This document shows positions 49,456 through 63,200 of a stretch of DNA of 64,000 bases, one piece after another. Position numbers and translations under genes: made by a program. Each line of letters begins with the position of its first letter. Position 1 is the first letter of the stretch. Source of the stretch: Trichosphaerium sp. ATCC 40318. Taxonomy: Eukaryota; Protista; Tubulinea. The notes under the pieces were generated by a model that did not search any database, was not told the DNA's origin, and worked only from the letters and a program-made list of their open reading frames with translations. The stretch lies in contig JALMLS010000385.1 of the NCBI GenBank assembly GCA_038496445.1, positions 186,001 through 250,000 of the forward strand, in the 5' to 3' direction.

Positions 49456-52400
49456 CTATTTTTTAAACATTCTAAAATCTGGTGAAATACATTCTCCAAT
49501 GACTGCTAGCCAATCATTTGGAACTACAGGATATTCGAATTCTTGACCAGGTAATGCAAGTGATAACCAACCACTTAAAAAAAAGTGAGAATAAGAAAAA
49601 AATAAGAAATATTTCTTTCTTACCGTAGTTGGAATTCCGCACTGTTTGGTGCGACGTCAATAATCAAAGTTTCACCAGAAAGATCGGATTCACCTCTGAC
49701 TTGGTATATTTGAACTCCGTATACAAAAAATCCACTTCCTCTATCAGTTGTCTGGAAACGACTAGGTCCACTTCTTACAACATTGCTAAAGGAGTAAAAA
49801 ATCAGTATGAAAAATAAGAAAAGTTGACAATCGTCCACTCAAGTTTTATGATCTTTTCTAATAATAATACCCAAGCAGTTTATAGTATAAACATTAACGA
49901 AAGTCTGGGTTGATTTTGGAGCGAATTGGAGATCAAGAGTTTCAGATTTTTGAAAAAAGAAACAACTTATTGTAAAATACTTACTCATAAGTAATATCGA
50001 CTTGTAAGAAATCCCGTGAAGGTATTTCTGTACCAGTATCAATACCGCCGAAAATACGTCCAAATATACGCAATTTTTGTAAATCGGTATCAATTGTAAC
50101 AAATAAACCACCAGAAGAAGCACAATCGAAAGTGACAACCTACAATAAAAGTCAAAACTAGTAAAGAAAAAGAAAAAGAAGAGAAAACCGTTACAAAATC
50201 ATTTGCGTACAGTGCTTTGTCCTTCAAGCATATCCATCCTCAAGCAATAAGCTGGAGGTGCTTCAACAGCATCTGGATGATTCAATAAACGGAAGGTACC
50301 ACGAATAGCTCCGTCAGTGCTGTTAAAAGCAGGACAAGCAGAAGTTGGTGAAACTCTTGTTCCAGGTGTCAGAATCGTTGTTGGCGTTACCACAGTAGCT
50401 GGAGAAAAGAAAGTTGTTGAAGGTGACTCTCTTGTTGATGGAGTCAAAACAGTTGAAGGTGTGATCACAGTAGCTGGAGAAAAGAACGTTGTTGAAGGTG
50501 ACTCTCTTGTCGATGGAGTCAAAACGGTTGAAGGTGTAATCACAGTAGCTGGAGAAAAGAACGTCGTTGAAGGTGACTCTCTTGTCGATGGAGTCAAAAC
50601 AGTTGAAGGTGTTTCTACTGTAGCAGGAGAGAAGAAAGTTGAATCTCCTGTTGCTTGCAACGTTGAAGGGGTCAATACAGTCGATGGTGTGATCACTGTA
50701 GCAGGCGCGAAGAAAGTGCTTGATGGCGTCTGGCTTGTTGATGGTGTCAAAACTGTAGATGGCGTGACAACAGTTGCAGGCGAGAAGAACGTTGTTGAAT
50801 CAGAAGGCGTCTGTAACGTTGATGGCGTCAATACTGTTGAAGGTGTTATTACTGTAGCTGGAGCAAAGAACGTCGTTGATGGCATCTGTCTCGTTGCTGG
50901 CGTCAATACAGTCGATGGTGTGATCACAGTCGCAGGCGAGAAGAATGTTGTCGCTGGTGATTGTCTTGTCGATGGCGTCAATACTGTTGAAGGTGTAATC
51001 ACAGTAGCAGGAGCAAAGAATGTTGTTGAAGGCATCTGTCTTGTTGCTGGAGTCAAAACGGTAGATGGCGTGATAACAGTAGCAGGTGAGAAGAAAGTTG
51101 TGACAGGTGTATTGAGTGACGTAGGCGTTCTAATAGTAGAAGGTGTAATGAATGTCACTGGTGTAAGTGGGAACGTTGGTGATTCTGTAGGTGCTTCTGT
51201 AGAATCTACTGGCGCTTCCGTAGGAGCTTCTGTAGGAGCATCTGTAGGACCATCTACTGGTGCATTTGTTGGTGCCAATGTAGGTGCGTCTGTTGGAGCA
51301 TCTGTTGGAGCATCTGTAGGACCATCTACTGGTGCATTTGTTGGAGCCAATGTAGGGGCTTCAGTTGGGGCATCTGTACCGAAAGGAGCAGCTATTGGGT
51401 TAGGATCAACTGTAGGAGGAACAATGGTTGTTGGTGGGTTTGTAGTTGGTTGCATTGTAGGTACTACAAACGTTGTTGGCACCCTCATAGTTGTTGGTGT
51501 TCCTCTTGTCGGTGGTAATGTTGGTGGCTCAGTTGTAGGTGGGTTTGTCGTAGGTTGCATTGTAGGCATTACAAACGTTGTTGGTACCCTCATTGTTGTT
51601 GGTGTTCCTCTTGTTGGTGGCAATGTTGGTGGTTCAGTTGTAGGTGGGTTTGTAGTTGGAGGGAGCGTTGTTGGAGGAAGTGTTGTTGGTGGACGTGTTG
51701 TTGGTGGGTTTGTAGTTGGTTGCATCGTAGGCATTACAAACGTTGTAGGTACCCTCATCGTAGTTGGTGTTCCTCTTGTAGGTGCTACCGTTGGCGCCAT
51801 CGTTGTAGGTGGGTTTGTCGTTGGAGGGAGCGTTGTTGGAGGGAGGGTAGTTGGAGGACGTGTCGTTGGTGGATTAGTCGTAGGTTGCATTGTAGGCATT
51901 ACAAACGTTGTTGGCACCCTCATAGTTGTTGGTGTTCCACGCGTAGGTGCTACCGTTGGTGCCATTGTTGTTGGTGGGTTTGTAGTTGGTGGTAACGTAG
52001 TTGGTGGAAGTGTAGTTGGTGGGAGCGTAGTAGGTTGCGCTGTTGGAGGCTGTGTAGTTGGTGGACGCGTTGTTGGTGGGTTCGTACTTGGTGGAATAGT
52101 AGTTGGTGGGAGCGTAGTAGGAGCAACTGTTGGTGGTACTGTTGTTGGTGGGAGCGTAGTAGGAGCAACTGTTGGTGGTACTGTTGTAGGTGGGTTTGTG
52201 GTCGGTGGTCGCGTAGTTGGTGGGTTTGTAGTTGGTTGCATTGTAGGCATTACAAACGTCGTTGGTACCCTCATCGTCGTTGGTGTTCTGCTTGTAGTTG
52301 GTGTTCTAAGAGTTGTTGGTGTACGCATTGTTGTAGGCGTCCTGAAAGTCGTTGGGACTACAACAGGTGAAAACACAGTAGGTGGTTGTGTTGTAGGTGG

Positions 52401-55066
52401 AACTACTGGCGCTGCAGTCGTTGGAGGAAGTGTTGTTGGTGGCAATGTAGTAGGGGCAACCGTTGGTGGAACAGTAGTTGGTGGGAGCGTTGTAGGCTGC
52501 ACAGTTGGAGGGAGTGTTGTTGGTGGGCGCGTAGTTGGTGGACGCGTAGTTGGAGCAGCTGTTGGTGGAACTGTTGTAGGTGAGTTTGTAGTTGGAGGAA
52601 GTGTAGTTGGAGGGAGCGTCGTTGGAGGAAGTGTAGTAGGAGCAACTGTCGGTGGTACTGTTGTAGGTGGGTTTGTGGTCGGTGGTCGTGTAGTTGGAGG
52701 TCCAGTAGTTGGAGGTTCAGTAGTAGGAGCAGCTGTCGGTGGTACTGTTGTAGGTGGGTTTGTAGTCGGTGGTCGTGTAGTTGGAGGTCCAGTAGTTGGA
52801 GGTCCAGTAGTAGGAGGCTCGGTAGTAGGAGCAGCTGTTGGTGGTACTGTTGTAGGTGGCAGCGTCGTAGGCGGTAACGTAGTTGGAGGGCCAGTGGTAG
52901 GCGGTGTTGTTATTGGTGGGAGTGTTGATGGCGGAACAGTAGGCGCTGCAGTTGTTGGTGGGAGGGTTGTTGGTGCATCTTGGATTACTAGGAATGAAGA
53001 TAGAACTGGAGGTTCGCAAAATTCAATAGAGCCAGCTCTGTTGAGATATGTTAGGCTTTGGGATTTTTATGCTTATTTGCTTAGTAGATACGTACGTAGG
53101 TCCACGGGCTGTAGATATATAACGCTGGCCACTTCCGAAATTAAACACAGTAGCTGCTAGATTATCTACTGAACCAGGAGCTACGAAAATAGTGAGTCAG
53201 GTAACGTAATAAAAGAATAGAAATGTTTGTTCGAAAAAAACCGAAAGAAACAAGAAAAGCTGATTTGACATTCTCTTACCATTTAATACAACATCGAAAG
53301 TGCATGCTACGGATTCACCTTCACCCAATGTTGCTTGCGCAATAAAGGACCCACCGATAGCAGCTGGGAAACCCTTGATGAAGAATGAGATGAAGAATGA
53401 TATAAAGAAGAAATAATTATTTGATTACTTACATCCGCGCCTACACAACTAGGACTGTTGCTGTCTATGGCACCAACATCTTCAGGGAAAGCGAAAGATA
53501 TGCTCAATCCCTCTGTACTAGCTGGTAAAGATTCATAGTTCATACATGAAATACCGATCGTAATTCGATCACCTGTTGAGATTTTTTTATGTTAGTTTTC
53601 AGAGAGCTCCGTAATAAAAAAAATTGAATACCAGTCCAAAACAAGAAGGCTTTTTTACGCTAATTGCCAATAGGTTTTTTTGATTTAGTTAGATTTTTGT
53701 TTTAATGACATACCCACGTTATAATTCGTTGCATTGGGAGTGATTGTATGCCAGCAATCAGCACTAGGACTCCAACAAATAAAGTCTATGTTGACATCTA
53801 CTGCAGGCGCCAAACCATCTATTAATACTTGTACACCAGTTACAAAAGCATACGCAGCGGCGGGACCTAAGCAGAAAATTAGGCATAAAGGAAAAAAGAG
53901 AAAAATCACGTGATAATAAAACAACACGCCAAAAAACAACAAAACTTTGTAATAAAGAAAAGTAAAAATACATTTGTCAAACAAAGTTTCTTTAAAGAAT
54001 CACGTGCCCTCAAACGGTAAACATAAAGAAATGCCGGGTGGGGCTACTCTTTCAGGATTAAAGAACGTTGACGTAAAAGCGCCTAACAAGGTATCCGTAG
54101 TGATGCTGATACTGTTATTCTGGTCCGAGTTGATTACAAATATATTCCAGCAATCTAAAGGTTACCATTAGTTTTTGCGTTTGATAAAAAAATGAAATGG
54201 TAATTGATTCAATACTTTATAAAAAAAAAGATGGAAGCGTCTATTTGCGTTTAAGACTAGTTTTACGTCCAGACGTGAAAAAACAAAAAAGTTATGAGTG
54301 CACAAATAAATCTGGAGATAACAAAGAGAGTAGTGTATAAAAATCAAAAAGAGGATATATACGGGTTTAACCACGTGATAAAAGGGCCGAGAATCATTTT
54401 AAAAAAAAATGCAAGGATATCTGTCCGTTTTATCTCAAGGCCCTAAAAGGTAGTCTATGAAAACTACCTCTTCTAGGTCCCTTTAACACGTGCGATTTTG
54501 ATTACCAATAAGCGTTCACGGCGATCTCAAATGACGAGATTTTAAACACTTTACTGCTTTCAAAGGTAATGTTCTCGCTCACAGGTTCAAAAAAAAGACA
54601 TTACCACGCTACGAGAGTAGCAACGGCAACAAGAAAAAGAGTTTAAAGAAAGAAAAAAAAAAGTCGCGAAAAAAAAAAAAATATCTAAGCCAAGATTGTA
54701 CTTACCGCAACCTTCTGCGCCAAGGTTTAGTGGAGGAAATATATCACCACCGTTTGGGCCTGTATATTCCAATAGACAATCACCCATCAACTGAACGTCC
54801 GAATTTAAAGAGAACCTGCCCTGAGGGGAGATTACGCAAGCAATACGCGTTTCATCAAGATTGGCGCTTTCAAGTATTGCAGTTAACCTTCTCTCGGATC
54901 CAATGAATGTGCCGTTACTGATTACAGTAGTGCTTACAACATTATTGTCTGGTGTTGCGCGGCTTACTTGAAAGTCTGTAAGAAAGTCTAAGAGTGGTGG
55001 TATTGTCTGTGAAAACACCACTGTAGGTATCAACACAATAGCGAGAAAGAGTATGAACGTCTTCAT
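49456..55066 (-). CDS. Large secreted mucin-like protein: signal peptide, globular N-terminal region, ~900-aa Thr/Pro repeat stalk, globular C-terminal domain
   Basis: Signal MKTFILFLAIVLIPTVVFS; repeats PPTTx, RGTPTTMRVPTTFVMPTMQ, APTDAPT and TTFFSPATVITPSTVLTPST; C-domain FRLLNHPDAVEAPPAYCLRMD; terminal exon ends ...PDFRMFKK*. Confidence 0.85.
50340..52980. repeat. Coding tandem-repeat array (15-nt PPTTx units and longer degenerate units)
   Basis: Visible periodic GTTGGTGG/GTAGTTGGA and GTTGAAGGT..ACAGTAGC units. Confidence 0.9.
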
Positions 55067-55668
55067 AGTCTGTTGTTTTAGCGCCTATTCTTTTTCTCTC
55101 GTATCTCGAGCTGTATTCGGCTCGCAATGTTGCGCTTTTGATTAGCTTTGTTGACGGATAGCCTTGTCAAGATTATTCCAGGTTGAAAGTGAATTATAGA
55201 AGAGTGTGAATCACTACAATAGTACTATAGTGAAAAAAAAAAAGAGATAATAAACATACTAATCTCTTCATACACGTGCGTGTCAAGCGACAATAAGCAT
55301 AAATAGCAAAAATGGCAACGCGACAATAAAAGTAAGAAAATAAATAATAAAGGATAAGGGTTGGATTTATTTACAGAGTGTTAAAGCGTTATTTACTTCG
55401 TAATGGAAAGCAAAAGCCTTTTAGATAAAAAAAAACAGATGGCTCAAAAAACCAGCAAAAAAACGTCTCACAAAGAGACATCACGTTGCTGCAGAATCGC
55501 CCAAAGATAAGCTCCCAAAATGAGCGTATTAATAAATAGAGTTACAGGCCAAAGTGTCAAGCGCGGGAGTTTTTTTCCTTTAAGGCAAGGTTTACTTAAA
55601 ACCAAGCCAAATCTCGGAAGCTTGATCGTAAATATCAAAAAGATTAAAACTCCCGCTTAAAAAGGACA

Positions 55669-57371
55669 CTACTTTGATGTATGACGCGGTTCTACGCGTA
55701 ATTTTAGAAGTGTCCGTTTGAACATATTGTTCAAGCCTTTACTAGGTCGTGGAGACGTAGGTGGTGTTCCATCATTATCAGCTTTAGGTTTTTTCTTTTC
55801 TTTTCCAGGTGTTGGATACTTTACGGCTCTTCTTACTCTTCCATTTGGATTAAATTCCTTAAACTGTCCACAAAGCTGACCATGATGGTATTTACACTGT
55901 TTCTTTAGGTTACCCGAGGAGTACCACTGTTTGTAGTCTCCATGTAGTTTACCTTCAGCATAGTTTGACGAATACCACAAGAAACGCCTATGTAAAATGT
56001 GGTGTTAGTGGCTCATGTTACAATCTCAAAAAGCCCGAAATTTCAACTTATTTGCAAAATGCTTTGAGCATTTGATTCTCCCTGGCGCGTACCTCTGGTG
56101 CCAGTAGTTATATTTTCCATGTAGTAAGTCATTATGGTATTGTGCTTCAATTTTCTTGGATCCATCAGCGTACCATGCTTGGTAATTACCATGTTTTAAT
56201 CCATTTCTTTACATCCAGTAAGTACTAAATCTTTCAAAAAAATAAAAAAAATCTCCCTGAGATGTTTTACATTCTCAAACAGAAATTCTACTTTAAATTC
56301 ATCAACAAGTATATTCTACCCTCTCAAGGCATTCAAATGAAGTACTAGAAGGTACTCACGAAAATCAACAGGCGGTACGAACGAAGGTAAAATGAAGAAA
56401 AATGAAACTGGAATTTTTTTTCTTCTCTTTTTTGTCAATTTTTTCATGAAACAAGAAACGTACTTGAAATTACACAGCCTAACAAGCTTCCCGTTACCCC
56501 ATTCATGTGACTGACCCTCTTTCTTCCCTTTCTTATAAACACAACGCTGTTTCATCTTCCCTCTACTATCCCAAGCAGTATAAACGCCTTGTCTATTACC
56601 TGCTTCATAAGAAGCTTTTATAATTATTCTACCCCTTCTATTAAACCGTAACCACCTCCCATGCCTTTAAAAATCGTGTTAGTTATTATATTACGCTGTT
56701 TTGGTAGTTTTTTACTCAAGTGTTGCAACGCTTGAACAGCAACGGCTTTTTTCTTCAAAAAAAAAGAACGATTTTGCCAAAAAAAGGATACTGTACCTCC
56801 GAAGCAAAGAGTCAAACCGTGTAGTGGTTGCAGCACGTCTACATAGTAGTGGAAACTTAATATAAAGCAAATGGCTTGCAACCATAATCTTCTTTTGAAT
56901 AAAAAGCGGAAGCGATAGTAAACCGTTCTCTACGAATTTAATAAGCGTGAAAAGGCCAACAACAAAGAAACAGCGTTATTCTAAAATGAAAAAAATGCAA
57001 AACGCACCAAATTCGTCCTCATCGAAATGCGGTTTTGTTACTTTGTTGTTCTTGCGAATAATTGATTTACGACGTTCAAGGCGAGCCGTTCTACAAGTAA
57101 TTAAAGGATTGTATAGAAATGATAGTATTTGTAACTTTGCCGTTAGATTAACGGTAGAGTTCTAGTACCTGGGTGTTTTACGGCGGAGATTTCTTGGTGG
57201 AGACACTTTTTTGTCGTACTCGCGTTGGAGCTCGTCAAATGTTCTTGCAGTCATTGTAGAACGTCTATATGAATGAACCAACCGCGAAAGGTCTGTCAAG
57301 TCACCTAACGGAGGAACATCGATAGCCATAGACTTTGGTCGTTCCCGCGGCGCTGTAGGCTGTTCAGACAT
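55669..57371 (-). CDS. MORN-variant repeat protein, multi-exon
   Basis: Exons encode YKKGKKEGQSHEWGNGKL, GLKHGNYQAWYADGSKK and YAEGKLHGDYKQWYSSGNLKK, with low-complexity basic termini. Confidence 0.7.
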
Positions 57372-57833
57372 TGAATTGACTTACTAAACAAAATTAATTG
57401 TTGTAATTTAACTATCCAAATTCCATTAGCGCAGAGACTTGTTGGGCGTTATAAGGCAGAAATATTAAAAAAGAAACAATAAATCAAAAACGGCTCTATC
57501 AAAATAAAACGGAGTCTTGGTCTCATGAATCAGAAGATATGTACTGTACCTTGTTTGTGACGTTGTTTATTGTTTTTGAGCAATTGTACAATAAAACAAA
57601 AAGTTGTGAGGTCAATGATGGTCCTATCTCCACCACTAACGTACGTACTAAGTACCCTTGACGCGTGTGGCGCTCTTTCTTTGCGTTACTCAAAAAATCA
57701 ATAAGTGCGAATTACACACGTGAGTAGATTACAAAATCGTTTTAACTCACCCTGGCGTTAGTGAGAGCCGTTTAAGCGGAGAAATTAACCAAGAAACCTA
57801 CCAATTTTGTATACAAGTTCAGAACCTACAACT

Positions 57834-59793
57834 ATGACTTCTGCACAGGTCAGGAGTACAGCAACCGACAACGAGAGGCTAGCAGGGTTTGAAGAGGAAG
57901 ACGAGTTAGATGGAATCATAATCGAACCAAAAGATCCATTTGTTGAAGCTTTTGAAGACTATGCAGCAAAAACTTTTGGAAATAAGAAACCATGGTGGCG
58001 TTACAGTGATCCACTCTTCAGATACGGTCCAATAGACGCCATTGTAAACGTTGTATTGCTGGTGGCTATTTTTGCGCTTAGGTTTGGATGTACAAATACT
58101 TACACTGTAGAATCAGCTGCCGACGCGTCAAACGTCTCAAATTCAACTGTGCTGTCCATAGCGAGTAATGATACAATAACGGCAACTCGTGTTTGTAGAA
58201 CCGATAATTTGGAGCTCTGGTATATCGCATTGTTCGTTTTCTGCGCCTACAATGTCTATCACATCCTTTGTTGCGCTGTAAACTTTATTGTCTACTTGTT
58301 TGATGATAATTCAAGCCTTAAACACCGACGAGACTCTGTAGGGCCTATAGCGTTCATTGCCACTGCTGTGACTGTCTTTGTAGTGTATTTTACGGTAGTA
58401 GACGAACAGCTAAACGAAAATAGAAGGTGGGGCGATAAATCAGTTGCTGTTGTACTGGTTCTTGCTTTGGCATGGCTTGCTGCTTACATACTATCTGTGG
58501 TTCTTTTTCATTATGTGTCAAAGCGACATTTTAAAGATGAACAAGTATTACTGGCAAAAGAAGATCTTTTTTCACGTTTTGTTCAGTCTACACAAAGAAC
58601 TTTGTTAAAAAGGAAGTCTTTTACGTTCACTACAAGAAATGAGTTACTAGAACTGGATACAGAGAAAGCGCTTGAGTACTTGAAGGCGCAGTATTTAAAG
58701 TTTGCTGGAAAAAGTGGAATTCTTAAAAAAAAACACGTGTCACGTCAATTCCGTGATCCTGTCAAAGGTAAGTATGCATGGGAAATTCTGACTCTTGGTG
58801 ATGATACAGTGAAAGATGTGTCAAGTTTAAGGTTCTCTCTGGTATTGATGGAGATATGGAAAGCGAGGAATAAGCTTATCAAACAGAAGAAAAATGCCGA
58901 AAGTCTTAAGGTTATTTTAAGAAATGTTCTCTATTGTATTATAGCAATCATAGCTTCTCTTATTGCTGCTGCTGTACTTCTTGATGGTATAATAGATTTA
59001 ACAGCAACATTGGTATCCATGGTGACTTTCTCGTTGAGTTTCGCTTTTGTTTTTGGCAACATCCTGAAAGAAATAGCTGAAGGTACGATTTTGTGGTACT
59101 AGTATTCAAAGCCAACGCACTTTTCATAGAAGTTTATAACATCTACCTTCGCACTTGAGTGAAACATTGAACACTTGTATTTGGTTTCTATGCATTTTCT
59201 TGCTTCAAAAAGGACTGAGCTTGTTTGTTTACCGAGACTTTAATCCTTGTTTTGGCGATTAATTTTTTTTTGTAGGTATCATTTTTATCCTCATTGATAA
59301 TCGTGTCAGTGTCGGTGACCGTATGATTGTTGGTACAGAGACTATTATTGTATCAAGAATAACAATACGTCATACTATTGGATACACACCAAATGGTAGA
59401 AGAATCACGTGGCCAAACTCAAAATTATCTCAAATGGCGATTGAGAATAGAACAAGAACAAAAACAATGAGTCTTGATATTGTAGTACCTCTTGGATTCT
59501 CAGCACCTACAAAGGATATCCTTAAACTTAAAGAAGGCATAGAGAAGTATATACAGAAGAATTGTCTTATTTTTGAGCCAAAGTTATTGTTTTACATATC
59601 AGAGTCATCATTGGAAGGTATTTATGTAAAGTTTTGGGTTACTTTACATGGTGTTAATTGGGGAGAACCTAGATTGTATTTACTTCCTCAAACAGATATC
59701 TTTTTACATATTAAGGAGCTTGTAAGGAAACTTAAGCTTCCAATGAAGTCTTATGGCATAACGATTCTAAACAAAGAGGGTGTATCTAAGTAA
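57834..59793 (+). CDS. MscS-like small-conductance mechanosensitive channel, 2 exons
   Basis: Multiple TM helices, then SLSFAFVFGNILKEIAEG|IIFILIDNRVSVGDRMIV..TPNGRRITWPNSKLSQMAIENRTR (MscS beta-domain). Confidence 0.88.
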
Positions 59794-60292
59794 TAAGGAA
59801 AAAAGTACAATAGAAACAAAGTTTTTTTTTGGTAATGCGGCTGGGTTGTTAGCACTCATTTTCATACCGAATCAGAACAATCAGTTCTGACTAAGCGTCA
59901 AATGTGAAAAATGTCGTGAAAACGATGTTTCTTTATGTCATATGTACTTCAGCATCACATCACGTGTACTTTTAAACATAAACATACCTTTATGTTTGCG
60001 TATGCTCCAGGTGTTGGGCTAATGTTCGCAGACCAGAAGTGTGCATGGCCGTTTTTTGTACTTGCCAGTTTTAATGCATCTTTCTGTCCGTACTAGTATT
60101 TCCATCTGACAATTACTGATTGTTACAACGCTGGTATTGCGATGACGGGTAAACTCAAAGTAGAGGCATTTTGACTAAAACTAGTACCCGCGCGTAATTT
60201 TAAGTTTAACAAATAGGAGAGTATTCATAAGCGCGTAAGGGAGTAAGTAAATGAAATTTCATTTCTTGTTGCAAGACCGTATCTTGACGTAA

Positions 60293-63200
60293 ATGGTATT
60301 CGCCAAAAAAAGAAGTGGACGGAAACGCATGTATACGTTAATATGTTGAACCAGCACTGGGTTTGGTTGCCATGCGGTGGCGGTTACATTCCAGCGTTGT
60401 ATGTCAAAGAAGAGAATAACGTACACGTTGTAAAGTGCCAGGGATCTAATAAGGTGCGTATTGGATGGTTTTTAACGCGTTGTGTTATTTAAAACAAACC
60501 CGTTCACTGTTAAATAGACAGAAACCGTTAGCAAGCGCCATGAGCTTATCCCACTTGAACTTCAAACACTTAGAGAACAAAAAGACGATTTAGTTGGTCT
60601 TTCAGGGATTTCCGCGCCTTTGATATTACACCACCTTAAAAAGAGAGCTATACAAACAAAAATATACGCAAGTTAATTATATTTTAGTTTATTCGCTTTT
60701 TATTCACATCAAAACGCATGAATTGTTTATTCCTATGCTTAGACAAACGTTGGAGAGATACTTATTGCTGTAAATCCTTATCAACTGTTACCTTTATACA
60801 CTCCTGCTGTTCTAGATGAGTATATATCACCGGGTAATAGACTAAACACTACGAGCGCTAGTTACATACGCCAAAAATGGGCGTAAAACTCTTTTTTAAG
60901 GCCGGAAAACACGATTTTCTATTTGTTGATTTTACCCTTTAGACCTGACAACGACGCTAAGACCTCACCCTTTTCTTATTGCTAAAAATGCATACGTACG
61001 TTTCTTGGGTTTTTTGTTTTTCTGTGACATTACGGAACATTTTTTTGTTATTATCAGAAAATTCTTTTTTTTTGGAAGTTGTTATGTCTTCCTTCTTGCG
61101 AATCTTTAATCTTTATTGTTTGGTATTTTGTACGAACTTTAACCTTATTAGAAATCGCTTATTGAAAATGGAGAAAATCAGTCCGTTTTGGTGTCTGGAG
61201 AATCAGGATCTGGTAATTTTTTTTTCTCGAATTATTTTTCCTTGTTCTTGCTTCTTGACGTGCTAAATTTTTATTGCGAATTACAGGCAAGACAGAGACG
61301 ACAAAGCAAGTACTTAATTTTCTTGCTTCTGTAGCAGGTAGTAATGAAGGATACGAAGAATTAATTCTTTCTACAAACCCTATACTTGAAGCATTTGGTA
61401 AGTTTTCTACAAAAAAAGTAATTGTTTGATTTCAATCTGTTCACTACTCCCTAAAAAACCACTTTACATCTTTAAAAATGCGTATATAAGTATTACTGAT
61501 TTTCTAAGGCATGATTTCACTTTTTTCTTTGCAAAGTGACACTTGACACGCAGATTTGGTTTTCAATTTTCAAAGAAACAACTTTTTTTTTGTATTTACT
61601 GTAACTGAAAAAACTCTCAAGGTAACGCCAAGACAATCATGAATAATAATTCTTCACGGTTTGGAAAATGGCTAGAATTATGCTTCAACGATAGAGGAAA
61701 GATTTGTGGAGCGAAAGTAGTCAATTATTTACTCGAGAAATCTAGAGTATGTTTTTTTTTTGTAATTTTTCTCTTTTGTCTTCATGTTCTCGTTGTTTAT
61801 TCCATTTGTAGGTTGTAAATCAAGCTCCTGGTGAGAGAAATTATCATATTTTCTATCAGTTATGCCAAGGTGTTGATCCTGAAACACGGGAGAAGCTGTA
61901 CATTAAGCAGCCTGAAGACTTTAAGTAAGTCCTATTTGGGTAGTATCACGTGCACAAGCTAACTAAATTTAAGGTATTTATCTCAGTCTGGTTGTACTAC
62001 AGTAAATGGTATTAAAGATAAGCAAGACTTTTTCCAAACAATTGTACGAACAAAGTTCTTGTGAAACTATTATTTTCTTTTTATCTCGCTCTTTGAGTTT
62101 TATTAACTCTTTTTATCAGCAATCGTTTAATCTTTTGGGATTCTCAGAGAAGGAATTTTATTGTATTATGTGTGTTCTTTCAGCTATTTTGCACTTGGGT
62201 AACATTGAGTTTGCTGGTTCTGAAGGAAATCCAACTACAATCCGAAATACCAATGAGTTGACTATAAGCGCTTCTCTTCTTGGTGTTGAGGTAAGAGCAT
62301 TGCAACGAGCTCTTACAACGCGTCTACTACAAATATCTCATGGCACACGGCGTGTTTCAACTACAACTATTCCTCTTGGTGTAGACAGGGTAAGCAGGCA
62401 TTTGTTTGTTTTGTAGTATACTCTAAAGGTAACGAATGTTAACCGTTTCCATTAGGCTCGTGCATGTCGTGACACACTTGCAAAGCATTTATATCATAGA
62501 CTCTTCATGTGGTTGGTATCTAAGATAAACGCTAGGCTATCTGGTGAAGACAAGCCTGTTAATTTCATTGGGATTTTGGTAAGTCCATCGTAACACGAAT
62601 TGCGAAACATTACCTAATAATTATCTTACCTCTTTTGTGTTTTAGGATATCTTTGGTTTTGAGACATTTGAGGTACGAAAAACAACACTTTTGTACTTTT
62701 AATATTAGGCGCACGTGTATTATTATTCTTACTAACTGTATACAGACAAACTCGTTTGAGCAACTTTGTATCAACTTTGCGAATGAAACTTTACAACAAA
62801 ATTTCAATGAAACAATTTTTAAAGAAGAAGAAAGACAGTGTAATGAAGAAGGTGTAGAGTATACGCCTATTGAATTTAGTGATGGACAAAATACTCTTGA
62901 TGTTATTGAAGGCGTACGGTTATTCTGATCTTTGACGTTTTCTAAAGCTTCTGTTGACTTTCCTTTGTAGGTTCCTCATGGTATATTACCTTTACTTGAT
63001 GATGAAGGTCGTATGCCTAAAGGTAACGATTCTACTTTCCTTCGAAAGCTGGAGTTCAACCACAAGAGTAATAGTCAAATTGTCTTTCCTCTCAAGTCTC
63101 GTGATGCATTTACTGTAAAACACTATGCCGGAGACGTATGTCCAAGCCATCGTTTTGACTGTATGCCTGTTAAAGACTTATAACTTTCTCGTAGGTTACA

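Noticed and set aside
50317-53160. 947-aa Val/Gly-rich ORF on the + strand, plus nested Cys/Trp-rich ORFs
   Set aside because: Antisense shadow of the Thr/Pro repeat exon: ACN/CCN codons give stop-free reverse frames. The signal peptide and splice sites support the minus strand.
55563-55656. 11-bp inverted repeat GCGGGAGTTTT...AAAACTCCCGC downstream of a MORN gene (MITE or 3' hairpin?)
   Set aside because: Single copy, no target-site duplication and a long loop; insufficient evidence.
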